From Armatimonadota bacterium (GTDB lineage Bacteria > Armatimonadota > SYMT01), in contig JAWLHY010000007.1 in the NCBI GenBank assembly GCA_041690135.1, positions 288,001 through 352,000 of the forward strand: a stretch of DNA of 64,000 nt, written 5' to 3'. Below, piece after piece: positions 1 to 9,697 of the stretch. The notes below the pieces were generated by a model, which worked only from the letters and a program-made list of their open reading frames with translations, ran no database searches and was not told where the DNA came from. Every line of letters starts with the position of its first letter. The stretch's first letter is position 1. The position numbers and the translations under genes are program-made.

Positions 1-1
1 T

Positions 2-1411
2 CAGGCGAGCGGAGGTCTCGGCCTGGCCGCTCTCGCTGCTCTGATCCAACAAGAAGCAGCCGCCGCCCCTAGCCTCCAGCCCCAAACCCCTGGCCCCCAA
101 TCCCCGGCCCCCAGCCCCCAACCCATGCCTCACTTTGCGCCCCGGGCGAAGCGGGTCATCTATCTGCACATGATTGGGGCGCCCTCGCACCTGGACCTCT
201 TCGACTACAAGCCGGAGTTGGTGAAACGGGATGGGCAGGAGTGCCCCGAGGAGCTGACGAAGGGGAAGCGGTTCGCATTCATCGGCGGCAAGCTCACGCT
301 GGCGGGCACGACGTTCAAGTTCCAGCGGCACGGGCAGAGCGGTCAGGAGCTCTCGGAGTTGCTGCCGCACCTCGGCAAGGTGGCGGACGAGATCGCCGTG
401 GTGCGTTCCCTGCATTCGGAAGAGATCAACCACGCTCCCGCGCAGATGTTCCTGCATTCCGGCTTTGGGCGCGGGGGCCGGCCCAGTTTCGGGTCGTGGG
501 TGGTTTACGGCCTGGGAACGGTGAACCGCGACCTCCCGGCCTACGTGGTGCTGCTCTCGGGACCGACGGGTGGGGCCGGGCAGAGCCTCTGGTCCTCCGG
601 GTTTCTCCCGAGTGTCTACCAGGGGATCCAGTTCCGTTCCAGCGGGGATCCCGTGCTGTTCCTCTCCGACCCGAAGGGCTATCGCGCCGCCGACCGCCGC
701 CGGGTGCTGGACGCACTCCGGGAACTGAACGAGGCGCGGCTGGGTGAAGTGGGTGATCCCGAGATCGCCACGCGGATCAGCCAGTACGAGCTCTCATTCC
801 GCATGCAGGCTTCCGTGCCGGAGTTGATGGACCTCTCGAAGGAAGACCCGAAGACCCTCGCCCTGTACGGTGCAGAACCGGGGAAGGCATCGTTCGCGAA
901 CAACTGCCTCCTGGCTCGCAAGCTGGTGGAGAAGGGGGTGCGCCTGGTCCAGTTGTTCGATGCCGACTGGGACCACCACGGCGGCCTGGAACGCGCTCTT
1001 GCCAACAAATGCAAGCAGGTGGACCAGCCGGTCGCGGCGCTGATCCAGGACCTGAAGCAGCGCGGCATGCTGGACGATACGCTGGTCGTCTGGGGCTCCG
1101 AGTTCGGCCGGACCCCGCTACGCCAGGGCATGAACGGGAACGGGCAGACCACGGCCGCCGGACGCGACCACCACAAGGACGCCTATACCGTGTGGCTGGC
1201 CGGCGGCGGCATCAAGGGGGGCATCTCCTACGGCAAGACCGACGACTTCGGCTTCAACGTGGTGGAGAACCCGGTCCACACCCACGACCTCAACGCCACC
1301 ATCCTCCACCTGCTCGGCCTCAACCACGAGCGACTCACCTACCGTTACCAGGGCCGGGACTTCCGCCTCACCGACGTCCACGGCCGTGTCATCAATGACA
1401 TCCTGACCTAG
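2..1411 (+). CDS. DUF1501 family (sulfatase-like) protein, 5' end outside the window
   Basis: The frame is open from base 2 ([14 protein letters not shown], a signal-like tail). It carries [39 protein letters not shown] and RLTDVHG motifs typical of DUF1501. Confidence 0.9.
   Translation, partial: QASGGLGLAALAALIQQEAAAAPSLQPQTPGPQSPAPSPQPMPHFAPRAKRVIYLHMIGAPSHLDLFDYKPELVKRDGQECPEELTKGKRFAFIGGKLTLAGTTFKFQRHGQSGQELSELLPHLGKVADEIAVVRSLHSEEINHAPAQMFLHSGFGRGGRPSFGSWVVYGLGTVNRDLPAYVVLLSGPTGGAGQSLWSSGFLPSVYQGIQFRSSGDPVLFLSDPKGYRAADRRRVLDALRELNEARLGEVGDPEIATRISQYELSFRMQASVPELMDLSKEDPKTLALYGAEPGKASFANNCLLARKLVEKGVRLVQLFDADWDHHGGLERALANKCKQVDQPVAALIQDLKQRGMLDDTLVVWGSEFGRTPLRQGMNGNGQTTAAGRDHHKDAYTVWLAGGGIKGGISYGKTDDFGFNVVENPVHTHDLNATILHLLGLNHERLTYRYQGRDFRLTDVHGRVINDILT
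67..122 (+). repeat. 8 x 7-nt tandem repeat (consensus CCCCAGC) inside the DUF1501 N-terminus
   Basis: ccctagc ctccagc cccaaac ccctggc ccccaat ccccggc ccccagc ccccaac. Confidence 0.85.
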
Positions 1412-2883
1412 GCAAGAAGGTCGCGGACGACGTGTCCATGCACGTCCGTGAGGCGGAAACGGCGGCCCTGGAAGACGTAGTTCAGGCGGGTGTGATCGAC
1501 GCCCAGGAGATGTAGGACTGTCGCCTGGAGGTCGTGGACGTGCACGGCTCCGGGCGTGAAGTGGTCTTTGCTCGGCTGGATGAGGCGACCATCTTTGTCC
1601 GCGATGTTGTAGCCGTAAGCGTCGGTCTGTCCATAGGTAATGCCGCCCTTGATCCCGCCGCCGGCCAGCCAGGTCGAGAAGCATCGGGGATGGTGGTCCC
1701 GCCCGTAGGTCTCCTTCGTCATCTTGCCCTGGCAGTAGCTGGTCCGTCCGAACTCGCCGCCCCAGATCACGATGGTGTCGTCCAGCATGCCCCGCTGCTT
1801 CAGGTCCTGGATCAGGGCGGCGCTGGCCTGATCCGTCTCTTTGCACTGGCCGCGGATCGCGTTGGGCAGGTTGCCGTGCTGGTCCCACCCCTGGTGGTAG
1901 AGCTGGATGAAGCGCACCCCCCGTTCCGCGAGGCGACGCGCCAGGAGGCAGTTGGCCGCGAAGGTACCCGGCTTGCGTGCGTCTTCGCCGTAGAGCTCGA
2001 AGACGTGGTCCGGCTCCTTCGAGAGGTCGGTCACTTCCGGCACGCTGGTCTGCATTCGATAGGCCAGCTCGTATTGGGCGATCCGGCTCTCGATCTCCGG
2101 GTCGAGCTGCCGCTGGAACTGGATCTCGTTGAGCCCCTTCAGCGTGTCCAGCAGCGCCCGGCGGCTGGAGGACGAGACGCCCTCCGGGTTGGTGAGGTAC
2201 AGAACCGGCTCTTTTCCGGAGCGGAACTGTACGCCCTGGAACCGGGAATCGAGGAAGCCACTGCCCCAGAGGCGCGCGTAAAGGGGCTGGTCGCCCTGGC
2301 CGGGAGTCACCAGGACGACGAACGCGGGCAGGTTCTGGTTGGTGGAGCCCAATCCGTAGCTCACCCAGGAGCCCATCGAGGGTCGTCCCGCGATCTGCGA
2401 GCCGGTCTGGAAGAAGGTAATCGCCGGGTCGTGGTTGATCGCCTCGGTCCACATGGAGCGGATGATGCAGAGGTCGTCGGCGACCTTCGCCGTATGTGGC
2501 AGGAGCTCGGAGATCTCCTGGCCGCTTTGTCCGTGCTTGTTGAACTTGAAGGCGGACCCGGCGAGCGGGAGCGCGGCCTGGTTGGCGCTCATTCCCGTCA
2601 GGCGCTGGTTTCCGCGCACCTCATCCGGCAGCGGCTCCCCGTGCTTCTGGTTGAGCAAGGGCTTGTAGTCGAACAATTCCTGGGCCGCGGGCCCGCCGCT
2701 CTGGAACAGGTAGATTACCCGCTTGGCCCTGGGCGCATGGTGCTGTGTGACGGATGCCGCCGGTGCGCCGGCGGCATCGGCCCCCTCCGCGGTGAGGGCC
2801 TGCAGGCCGAGGGCGCCGAGGCTGAACGAGGCTCCCGTGAGGAAGTGGCGGCGCGTAAGCGCGAGGGGATCGAGCGGTTCCAT
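1408..2883 (-). CDS. DUF1501 family protein with Tat signal
   Basis: TRRHFL Tat motif, plus [23 protein letters not shown] and GRDHHPR. Its stop overlaps the stop of the convergent paralog. Confidence 0.9.
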   Translation of the reverse strand: MEPLDPLALTRRHFLTGASFSLGALGLQALTAEGADAAGAPAASVTQHHAPRAKRVIYLFQSGGPAAQELFDYKPLLNQKHGEPLPDEVRGNQRLTGMSANQAALPLAGSAFKFNKHGQSGQEISELLPHTAKVADDLCIIRSMWTEAINHDPAITFFQTGSQIAGRPSMGSWVSYGLGSTNQNLPAFVVLVTPGQGDQPLYARLWGSGFLDSRFQGVQFRSGKEPVLYLTNPEGVSSSSRRALLDTLKGLNEIQFQRQLDPEIESRIAQYELAYRMQTSVPEVTDLSKEPDHVFELYGEDARKPGTFAANCLLARRLAERGVRFIQLYHQGWDQHGNLPNAIRGQCKETDQASAALIQDLKQRGMLDDTIVIWGGEFGRTSYCQGKMTKETYGRDHHPRCFSTWLAGGGIKGGITYGQTDAYGYNIADKDGRLIQPSKDHFTPGAVHVHDLQATVLHLLGVDHTRLNYVFQGRRFRLTDVHGHVVRDLLA

Positions 2884-2888
2884 AGGTC

Positions 2889-5800
2889 TCACCGTTTCCA
2901 GACGGTCGCGTCCATATTCAAGATCGCCTGCGCGACGACGGTCGCCGCCGCAACCTCGGCGGGAGAAAGCGTGGTGTCCGGCTTGCGGTCGCCGATCTGC
3001 AGCAGCTGCGCCGCTTCTGGCGCTTGCCGGCGGAAATGCTCCAATTGCAGCGCATAGAGGGTGATGAGGAGCTTCTCCTCACCTGGCAGTGGGTCCCGCC
3101 CCGCGAGGCGGCGGAAGGCAAACCGGACCCGCTCCGCGGGGGTCGCCCCACCTTCCTTCAACATCCTCTCTCCCAGCACGCGCGCGGCCTCGACGAACTG
3201 CGGGTCGTTCAGGAGCACCAGCGCCTGAAGCGGCGTGCTGGTGGTCTGACGGCGCGCCACGCACACTTCCCGGCTCACGGCGTCGAAGGCCAGCATGTTC
3301 GGCATCGGGGCCGTACGTTTCAAGACGGAATAGAGGCTGCGGCGGTAAAGATCGGTGCCCACGCTCTGGCGGTACGCCGGGCTCATCACGTTGGCCTCGC
3401 GCCAAAGGTCTCCCGGCTGGTAGGGGCTCACCGGCGGCCCGCCGATCCTTCCGTCCAGCAGTCCGGACGCCGCCAGCGCGAGGTCGCGGATCTGCTCCGC
3501 ACTCAGCCGATGGCTCGGCCCGCGCGCCAGCAGCAGGTTCTCCGGGTCCTTCTGTTGCAGCTCCGGCCGCAGCGCCGAGGCCTGCCGGTAGGTGGCCGAG
3601 AGCACTATCAGCCGAAGGAGCGCCTTGACGTCCCAGCCAAGGCCTCCGGACGAATTTGCAATTGTCAATTTCAAATTGTCAATTGTCAATTGTCCAGGTC
3701 CGGCCCCCTGCCCCTGGCCCCCCTGCGTACTGGTGGCCACTGCCGGTGCGGAGAACCGAGAAGCCAGGTAATCCAGCAACTCCGGATGGGTCGGCAGCTT
3801 GCCCTGGAGCCCGAAGTTGTCGGAAGTTTCCACCAGCCCCTGGCCGAAGAAGAGGGACCAGAAGCGGTTGACGGCGACCCTAGTGGTGAGCGGATGACCG
3901 GGTCGCGTCAGCCACTCCGCCAGGCCGAGGCGGTCCCGGCGGAGCCCCTGGGGGAACGGCATCACGGCCGACGGCGTGCCCCGAGAAACGCGGTTGGCGT
4001 CCGTCTTGGGCGCGTCGTACTGGCCCCGCTCCAGCACGTAGGCGGGCCGCGGCTGCGGCATCTCATCCATTACGGCGACTTCGAACTGGGCGTCCTCGGC
4101 CTGCACCACGGCCTGCCGGGCGCCAGCCACGGCCGCGGCGGCCTGGCGTGCTTCCGGATCGATGGCGGAGAGGTAGAACTCTCGCAGCGCGGCCTCATGC
4201 CCGGCGGGGTTCTTGAGCGCGTCGAGGAGGGTGCGACCGTCGAAGAGTTGCGTCAACTCGAGACCGGAAAGGCTCCGGTTGAAGATCCGGAGGTCGTCGA
4301 TCCGGCCCCCTTTGAAGCCCTTGTCCCGGAACCGCTGCCCGAAGACCAGCGTGTGTTCTCCGGTGCCCTTCACCAGCCGATCCCGGAGGGTCTCCAGCTC
4401 GGCCGGCTTCCCGTTCACGTAGATCTTGAGGCCGGCGGCCCGGCTCGATCCATCGTAACTGACGGAGACGTGCGTCCAGGCGTCTTTCGCGATCGGGGTG
4501 CGAGTCCGGACGCCGATCGCGTTGCCCGGCCAGTGGCGGAACATGCGCGCCGAAAGCTGTCCTTTCTCGAGGATCAGGTCATATCCGTGGGGCCCGGCAT
4601 CGGTGCCGCTGCAGGCCTGGAACACCACGGCTGGCTCGGCGGCGATGCGGGGGTCGTACATCCAGAAGGAGATCGTGAACGGGGTATGCCGGGAGAAGCG
4701 GCCGAGGTTGGGAAAGTTGACGTTGTTCTCCCCGTCGAGCTGGATCGCCTTGCCGTTCTTCCCCGGCACCAGCGGGACTTCATCCAGCCGCGCGCCGTGG
4801 TGAGTCGCGCCCGGCGACTCGTTCCTCAGAGTCGCTCCCTCGAAGCTCTCGAAGCTGAACTTCCCGGTGCGGTCGGGCAGGGGATCGACCTTCGGTCGTG
4901 AAGTCAGCCAGTTCCGGAAGCGCTCTTCGGCGCCCGTGCGGGCGGCAGCGAGTGTTTGCTCCGCCTGCTGCAGGGCCTGCCGCGCCTGGGCAAGCTGCTG
5001 CTCCTGCGGAGGGGTGGGGAGGAGCAGGGAGGGGGAGGGCACGATGTCCGCGCGGTCGTAGAGGCCGTGCTCGTCGATGCTGTTGAAGAAGGCGGATAGG
5101 GAGTAGTAATCCCGGTGTGAAATCGGGTCAAACTTGTGGTCGTGACAGCGCGCGCACTCCAGCGTCAGGCCCAGGAATGCGGTTCCGAAGGTGTTGACTC
5201 GATCCGCTACCGCCTCGAGGCGCCATTCCTCCGGCACGCTCCCACCTTCGTTTGTCATCCGATGGATCCGGTTGAAGGCGGTGGCCAGCCGCTGTTCCCG
5301 CGTGGCGTTGGGCAGGAGGTCCCCCGCCACCTGGTAGGTGATAAACCGGTCGTACGGGAGATTGTTGTTGAAGGCCTGAACGACCCAGTCCCGGTACGGC
5401 CAGGTGGGAGAGAGCTGGTCGCTCTGGTAACCGTAGCTGTCCGCGTAACGCGCGACATCCAGCCACGGCACGGCCATCTGTTCCCCAAACCGGGGGCTGG
5501 TGAGCAGGCGGTCTACTACCTTCTCATAGGCCTGGGGCGCCCGGTCGGTGAGGAACGCCTCCAACTCCGCCGGAGTGGGCGGGAGACCGGTTAGGTCGAG
5601 GGTGACCCGGCGCAGCCAGTCGCTCCGGCTCGCTTCGGGGGAGGGCTTTAGCCCCGCTTTCTCCAGCCGGGCCAGGACGAAGCGGTCGATCTCGTTGCGG
5701 CACCAGCCGGCATTTTTCACTGCTGGCACGGGCACCCGGGCCGGCAGCGGGACGAAAGACCAGTGCGCCTCGTACTTCGCGCCCTGCGCCACCCACCGGC

Positions 5801-6272
5801 GCAGCAGTTCCTTTTGGGCCGGGGACAGCTTCCGGTGGGAAGCGACCGGCGGCATCAGGAGCGCCTGCTGTTTGGCGAAGACGCGCGCGATCAACCGGCT
5901 CTTCTCCGGCTTGCCGGGCGACAGTACCCCCCGTGCGAGCGCCTCTTCCCGGATGTCCAGGCGTAGTCCCGCGGCGCGGGTGTTCTTGTCCGGACCGTGG
6001 CACTGGAAGCAGTTGTCCGACAGGATCGGGCGGATGTCGCGGTTGTAGGAAATGAGCTGGGCACTGGGCTTTGGGCTTTGGGCTTTGGGCGTTGGAGATA
6101 CCGGCTTTTGCCGGCTGGAGCGGAAGGGGGTCTGTTTCTTTGCTCCCGCCTTCGGGGTCGTTGGTTTTGCGCCGGCGGTGCCGGCCAGCGTGGCCAGGGT
6201 GACCAGGGTCAGGAGGGAACCGGCTGCACTGCCGGCACGAGGACTGCGGAAGAGAACCACGAAACTCACCAA
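2889..6272 (-). CDS. PSCyt1/PSCyt2(DUF1549)/LamG/PSD1(DUF1553) planctomycete cytochrome c protein
   Basis: CFQCHG and CARCHDHKFDP heme motifs, WLDVARYADS, central LamG-like WTHVSVSYDG, PTHPELLDYLA and TPLQALVLLND. Start codon uncertain. Confidence 0.9.
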   Translation of the reverse strand: MVSFVVLFRSPRAGSAAGSLLTLVTLATLAGTAGAKPTTPKAGAKKQTPFRSSRQKPVSPTPKAQSPKPSAQLISYNRDIRPILSDNCFQCHGPDKNTRAAGLRLDIREEALARGVLSPGKPEKSRLIARVFAKQQALLMPPVASHRKLSPAQKELLRRWVAQGAKYEAHWSFVPLPARVPVPAVKNAGWCRNEIDRFVLARLEKAGLKPSPEASRSDWLRRVTLDLTGLPPTPAELEAFLTDRAPQAYEKVVDRLLTSPRFGEQMAVPWLDVARYADSYGYQSDQLSPTWPYRDWVVQAFNNNLPYDRFITYQVAGDLLPNATREQRLATAFNRIHRMTNEGGSVPEEWRLEAVADRVNTFGTAFLGLTLECARCHDHKFDPISHRDYYSLSAFFNSIDEHGLYDRADIVPSPSLLLPTPPQEQQLAQARQALQQAEQTLAAARTGAEERFRNWLTSRPKVDPLPDRTGKFSFESFEGATLRNESPGATHHGARLDEVPLVPGKNGKAIQLDGENNVNFPNLGRFSRHTPFTISFWMYDPRIAAEPAVVFQACSGTDAGPHGYDLILEKGQLSARMFRHWPGNAIGVRTRTPIAKDAWTHVSVSYDGSSRAAGLKIYVNGKPAELETLRDRLVKGTGEHTLVFGQRFRDKGFKGGRIDDLRIFNRSLSGLELTQLFDGRTLLDALKNPAGHEAALREFYLSAIDPEARQAAAAVAGARQAVVQAEDAQFEVAVMDEMPQPRPAYVLERGQYDAPKTDANRVSRGTPSAVMPFPQGLRRDRLGLAEWLTRPGHPLTTRVAVNRFWSLFFGQGLVETSDNFGLQGKLPTHPELLDYLASRFSAPAVATSTQGGQGQGAGPGQLTIDNLKLTIANSSGGLGWDVKALLRLIVLSATYRQASALRPELQQKDPENLLLARGPSHRLSAEQIRDLALAASGLLDGRIGGPPVSPYQPGDLWREANVMSPAYRQSVGTDLYRRSLYSVLKRTAPMPNMLAFDAVSREVCVARRQTTSTPLQALVLLNDPQFVEAARVLGERMLKEGGATPAERVRFAFRRLAGRDPLPGEEKLLITLYALQLEHFRRQAPEAAQLLQIGDRKPDTTLSPAEVAAATVVAQAILNMDATVWKR
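3654..3695 (+). repeat. 6 x 7-nt AT-rich tandem repeat (ATTGTCA), in-frame in the PSD1 gene
   Basis: atttgca attgtca atttcaa attgtca attgtca attgtcc; 42 bp encoding GQLTIDNLKLTIAN on the minus strand. Confidence 0.9.
6058..6099 (+). repeat. 6 x 7-nt tandem repeat (TGGGCTT), in-frame in the PSD1 gene N-terminus
   Basis: tgggcac tgggctt tgggctt tgggctt tgggcgt tggagat; 42 bp encoding SPTPKAQSPKPSAQ. Confidence 0.9.
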
Positions 6273-6369
6273 TCTCTACGAGCCGAACCTGGGGAAGAGG
6301 GAAGCCTTACCCATTTGACAACCGGTGTACCCCGCGGGTTTCTGCGGACGGCTCCGCAACCCCGGGTGA

Positions 6370-6675
6370 CTACTCCTGAACGTAATCGTACACCTGCACT
6401 CGTGCCCAGTGTGCCCGGTTGCGCTCGATGAACTCCTGGTGGAGCGGGTGATCCTGGTACACGTCGTGCCCCTCGGGGTCGTCGAAGATCACCGTCAGCC
6501 CGCAGGCATAGGAGTTGTCCACGACATCTCGCGGGGTGTTGGCCGGGGGACCTGCCCAGATCTGCCGGACCGTGGGCACCTGGCCGAGGATGGTTCGGCA
6601 GTCGTCGATGAGCTTCTGTTGCGCGGCTTCGGGGGCTCCGTCGTTGAGCCAGAAGTAAACGGTATGAATGAACAT
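6370..6675 (-). CDS. Dabb family stress-responsive A/B barrel protein
   Basis: MFIHTVYFWL...YQDHPLHQEF...VYD pattern; AGGAG RBS before the ATG at 6675. Confidence 0.85.
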   Translation of the reverse strand: MFIHTVYFWLNDGAPEAAQQKLIDDCRTILGQVPTVRQIWAGPPANTPRDVVDNSYACGLTVIFDDPEGHDVYQDHPLHQEFIERNRAHWARVQVYDYVQE

Positions 6676-6715
6676 GGGACTCCTACGGGTACGGTTGGGC
6701 ACTTCCGGGGTGCTG

Positions 6716-6750
6716 AGTTGCAAGTTGGAAGGTTGAATGTTGAAGGTTGG
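6716..6750 (+). repeat. 5 x 7-nt intergenic tandem repeat (AGGTTGA-like)
   Basis: agttgca agttgga aggttga atgttga aggttgg. Confidence 0.75.
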
Positions 6751-7035
6751 AACCCTGGATCAACCTGACGAGTTCGGTTGGGCACTTATGGGTTCCTGAG
6801 TTCCACGCCCCGAAAAGCCTCGGCTGCGTCGGTTAGGAGGGGCTGCATCAGGATTTCAGGGTTCAATCGGCTGAGTCAGCGGTTGCCGAGCCGCCAGGAG
6901 CGGTGTTGGCGTTTCGCCACTGGGGTTCCTCCTCGCCGAAGTCTTGAGATGCGGATTTCACTCTCAAGTGGGGAGTGGGGATCGCTCAATATGTAATTGC
7001 GATCTCTCGTTCGCCAATGAGGCCGGGATAAGGAT

Positions 7036-7848
7036 TTGAATCGGAGACAACTAACCTTCGGGCTTGCGAGTTCTGTGGTCGTGGCACATCCGCTGGCCGG
7101 TGGGGCGGCGACTCCGATGACGCCGGAGTCAGCGTTGATGCGCGCTGTCCGCCTCTTGAAGCAGGGGCGGTTGGACGAGTATGCCGCCGCCTTTCACCCA
7201 GGGGCGCTCGCCGGGGCTTGCGAAATGCTCACCCTGCAGATCAAGCAGGCGGAACGGTCCGGCGATGCCGAGAAGGCGCTGCCACTGTTCCGGGGCTGCC
7301 GAAGTATCGCGGAGGTTCGGCAACTTTCCCGGGCGGCGATGTTTGCAGCCTATCTCCGCAGCGCGCTCGCGCAGGCGCCTGACCTCAAGGAAAGCCTCGC
7401 CGCCAATCTCCAGAGTGTGGTAGGCCACTACCGCCAGGCTCCGGATCTCGCGCATGTAGTCTACCGTGATACGGGGTTGGATCGACGGGGCAAGAGAAAG
7501 ATCGGGGTGTACACGCTTCGGAAGACCGCCGGACGTTGGGGGTTGCTGCTTCCGGGAGACCTTCAACTCCGGGTAACGGTGACTCGGATCCGGTTGAGTG
7601 GGGGTGATCCTTCACGCAAGTTACCGGAGCCACAGGTTTTTCCGTGGGAGGTTGTCGGTCACGTGCGTGAGAGCCCCAGTACGGCTTACATTCTGACGCA
7701 ATTGGTCACACGGGTAGTAGATACCCGCCATGTGGAGTGGAATGCCGTTAGGATCGATGATCGCCAACCGGGGTGGGATCTGATGCTGCGAAAGGAATAT
7801 GCTGCGCTGACCAAACTAGCACAAGAGCGCGGAGGGCGGTTGCGGTAG
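7036..7848 (+). CDS. Hypothetical exported protein
   Basis: MNRRQL plus a hydrophobic signal-like N-terminus; TTG start after AAGGA; no family recognised. Confidence 0.6.
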   Translation: MNRRQLTFGLASSVVVAHPLAGGAATPMTPESALMRAVRLLKQGRLDEYAAAFHPGALAGACEMLTLQIKQAERSGDAEKALPLFRGCRSIAEVRQLSRAAMFAAYLRSALAQAPDLKESLAANLQSVVGHYRQAPDLAHVVYRDTGLDRRGKRKIGVYTLRKTAGRWGLLLPGDLQLRVTVTRIRLSGGDPSRKLPEPQVFPWEVVGHVRESPSTAYILTQLVTRVVDTRHVEWNAVRIDDRQPGWDLMLRKEYAALTKLAQERGGRLR

Positions 7849-8090
7849 TGCAAAAAACCCGGCAATACTTCCAGGCCGTACTGAAATGTGGAAAGGGTGT
7901 TTCGGTCGATTCGTCTGCGTACTGGATCGCTCCGAATAGCTGTTAGCACGTCTGGTGCTTGCCGGGCGCGAACGCCACTTGCCTGGAGTTCCGCAGCCCT
8001 TCATTCGAACGCGGCTAGAATACGCATCACGCTGTCCGAGCGCCGGGCGGATGACCTTCCGCCCGGCAATCCCACGCATACCGCTGCGCA

Positions 8091-9428
8091 TTACCCCTTC
8101 GGATGCACCCAGGGCTTCCGGTAGGGCCGCTTCAACAGGCGGGTGGCCTCGTCGTCGCCGGCCACCCGCTGCTTCTCCGCGTCCCAGGTGAGACTGCGGC
8201 CCAGCTTCAGGGACATGTTGGCGAGGATGCAGCTGGCCGTGGAGATGTGGCCCTGCTCGATGTCCGCGACCGGCCGGCCTCCGGTATCGATGGCCCGGAG
8301 CCAGTCTTTCATGTGGCCTCGGATCGCCGGCGCGACGTGCTTCTCCAGGTCTTTTTCCGTCTTGTCTTCGGGATACTGCTCCAGTTCGAAGACCACGTCC
8401 TTGTGGATCGGCTGTCCGTTCCCCATCGGGATGAAGTCGAAGCTGTTTACGCTCAGCTTCAGCGTTCCCTTGTCCCCGTAGATCGTGGCGCCCCAGGGAT
8501 ACTTGGGATCGTTCGGGTGGCCGTAGGTCCGATGCTGCCAGACGACCGGGAACTCGGGGAAGTCGAAAGTCGCGGTCTGGGTATCGCTGATGTTCGCCTT
8601 GCTCTCCTTCTGCACCAGGATCCCGCCCGAGGAAGAGACGCGCGTCGGCCAGCCCAGGTCGAGCATCCAGCGGACCATATCGAGCATGTGGATGCACATG
8701 TCTCCCACGATTCCGTTGCCGTACTCCATGAAGGCCCGCCAGCGGCGCGGGTGGACCAGCGGGTTATACGGCCGCATCGGCGCGGGTCCGGTCCACATTT
8801 CCCAGTCCAGATAATCCGGCGGGGTGGTGTCGGCGGGGTTCTCGCGCGCCCGCATGTGGTAGTAGCAGTAGACCTCAACGAGCCCGATCTTGCCCAGCTT
8901 GCCTTCCTTGACGATGGTATCGCGGGCCTCGATCAGGTGCGGCGTGCTCCGGCGCTGCGTTCCCACCTGCACCACGCGCTTGTGCTTGCGCGCGGCCGCC
9001 AGCATCGCCTGGCCTTCCGCGATATCGACGCTGATCGGCTTCTGCACGTAGACGTGCGCCCCGGCCTCGACGGCGGCGATCATCGGTAGGGCATGCCAGT
9101 GGTCCGGGGTGGCGATGAGGACCAGCTCCAGGTCCTTCTCCTTCAGCATCTCCCGGTAATCGGTGTAGGTGCGCGGCCGCTTTTTCGAAGCCTGGCGCTC
9201 CGCGATCAAGTCTGCCGCCTCGTCGAGCATGCGCCGGTCCACGTCGCAAATGGAGACGACCTGCACCGGCGCCACCTGGATCAGGCGAAGGAGGTCGGCC
9301 TTGCCGTACCAGCCCGAGCCGATCAGGCCCACGCGCGGCTTCTTGTCGGCAAACTCGGCGGCGTAAGCGCCGGTCGCGGAAAGGGCCAGACCGGCGGTTC
9401 CGGCCTGGAGGAGGTGACGGCGGTTCAT
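8091..9428 (-). CDS. Gfo/Idh/MocA oxidoreductase with Tat signal
   Basis: MNRRHLL, GLIGSGWYG, IATPDHWH, VYVQKP, QVGTQRRS, DMCIH. Confidence 0.92.
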   Translation of the reverse strand: MNRRHLLQAGTAGLALSATGAYAAEFADKKPRVGLIGSGWYGKADLLRLIQVAPVQVVSICDVDRRMLDEAADLIAERQASKKRPRTYTDYREMLKEKDLELVLIATPDHWHALPMIAAVEAGAHVYVQKPISVDIAEGQAMLAAARKHKRVVQVGTQRRSTPHLIEARDTIVKEGKLGKIGLVEVYCYYHMRARENPADTTPPDYLDWEMWTGPAPMRPYNPLVHPRRWRAFMEYGNGIVGDMCIHMLDMVRWMLDLGWPTRVSSSGGILVQKESKANISDTQTATFDFPEFPVVWQHRTYGHPNDPKYPWGATIYGDKGTLKLSVNSFDFIPMGNGQPIHKDVVFELEQYPEDKTEKDLEKHVAPAIRGHMKDWLRAIDTGGRPVADIEQGHISTASCILANMSLKLGRSLTWDAEKQRVAGDDEATRLLKRPYRKPWVHPKG

Positions 9429-9634
9429 GGTTCAGGTCTCCGGTGACTCAACACATCCGACAGGCCCAGTTGTCCATCCGTGCCGCAAAAACCTGCTTTC
9501 GATCCCACACCTCGGACGGGAGGCGCGGAATCCATTCCAACAGTTGGCGCATCCACCTCATGCCGAATTGGGGTCACAATTCCACGGGCCGCATCCGTCG
9601 CGGTAGGTTGGGTCCCGTCCGGCAGGCTCTTGAG

Positions 9635-9681
9635 AACGGCACCCGTAGGGAGCGTCTCGTACACCCGGCGAAGTTAGGGCC
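9635..9681 (+). repeat. REP-like dispersed element, copy 1
   Basis: ggcacccGTAGGGagcgtctcgtacacccggcgaagttagggcc, nearly identical to 16202-16245. Confidence 0.8.
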
Positions 9682-9697
9682 TTAGCGATCCTTTCGA

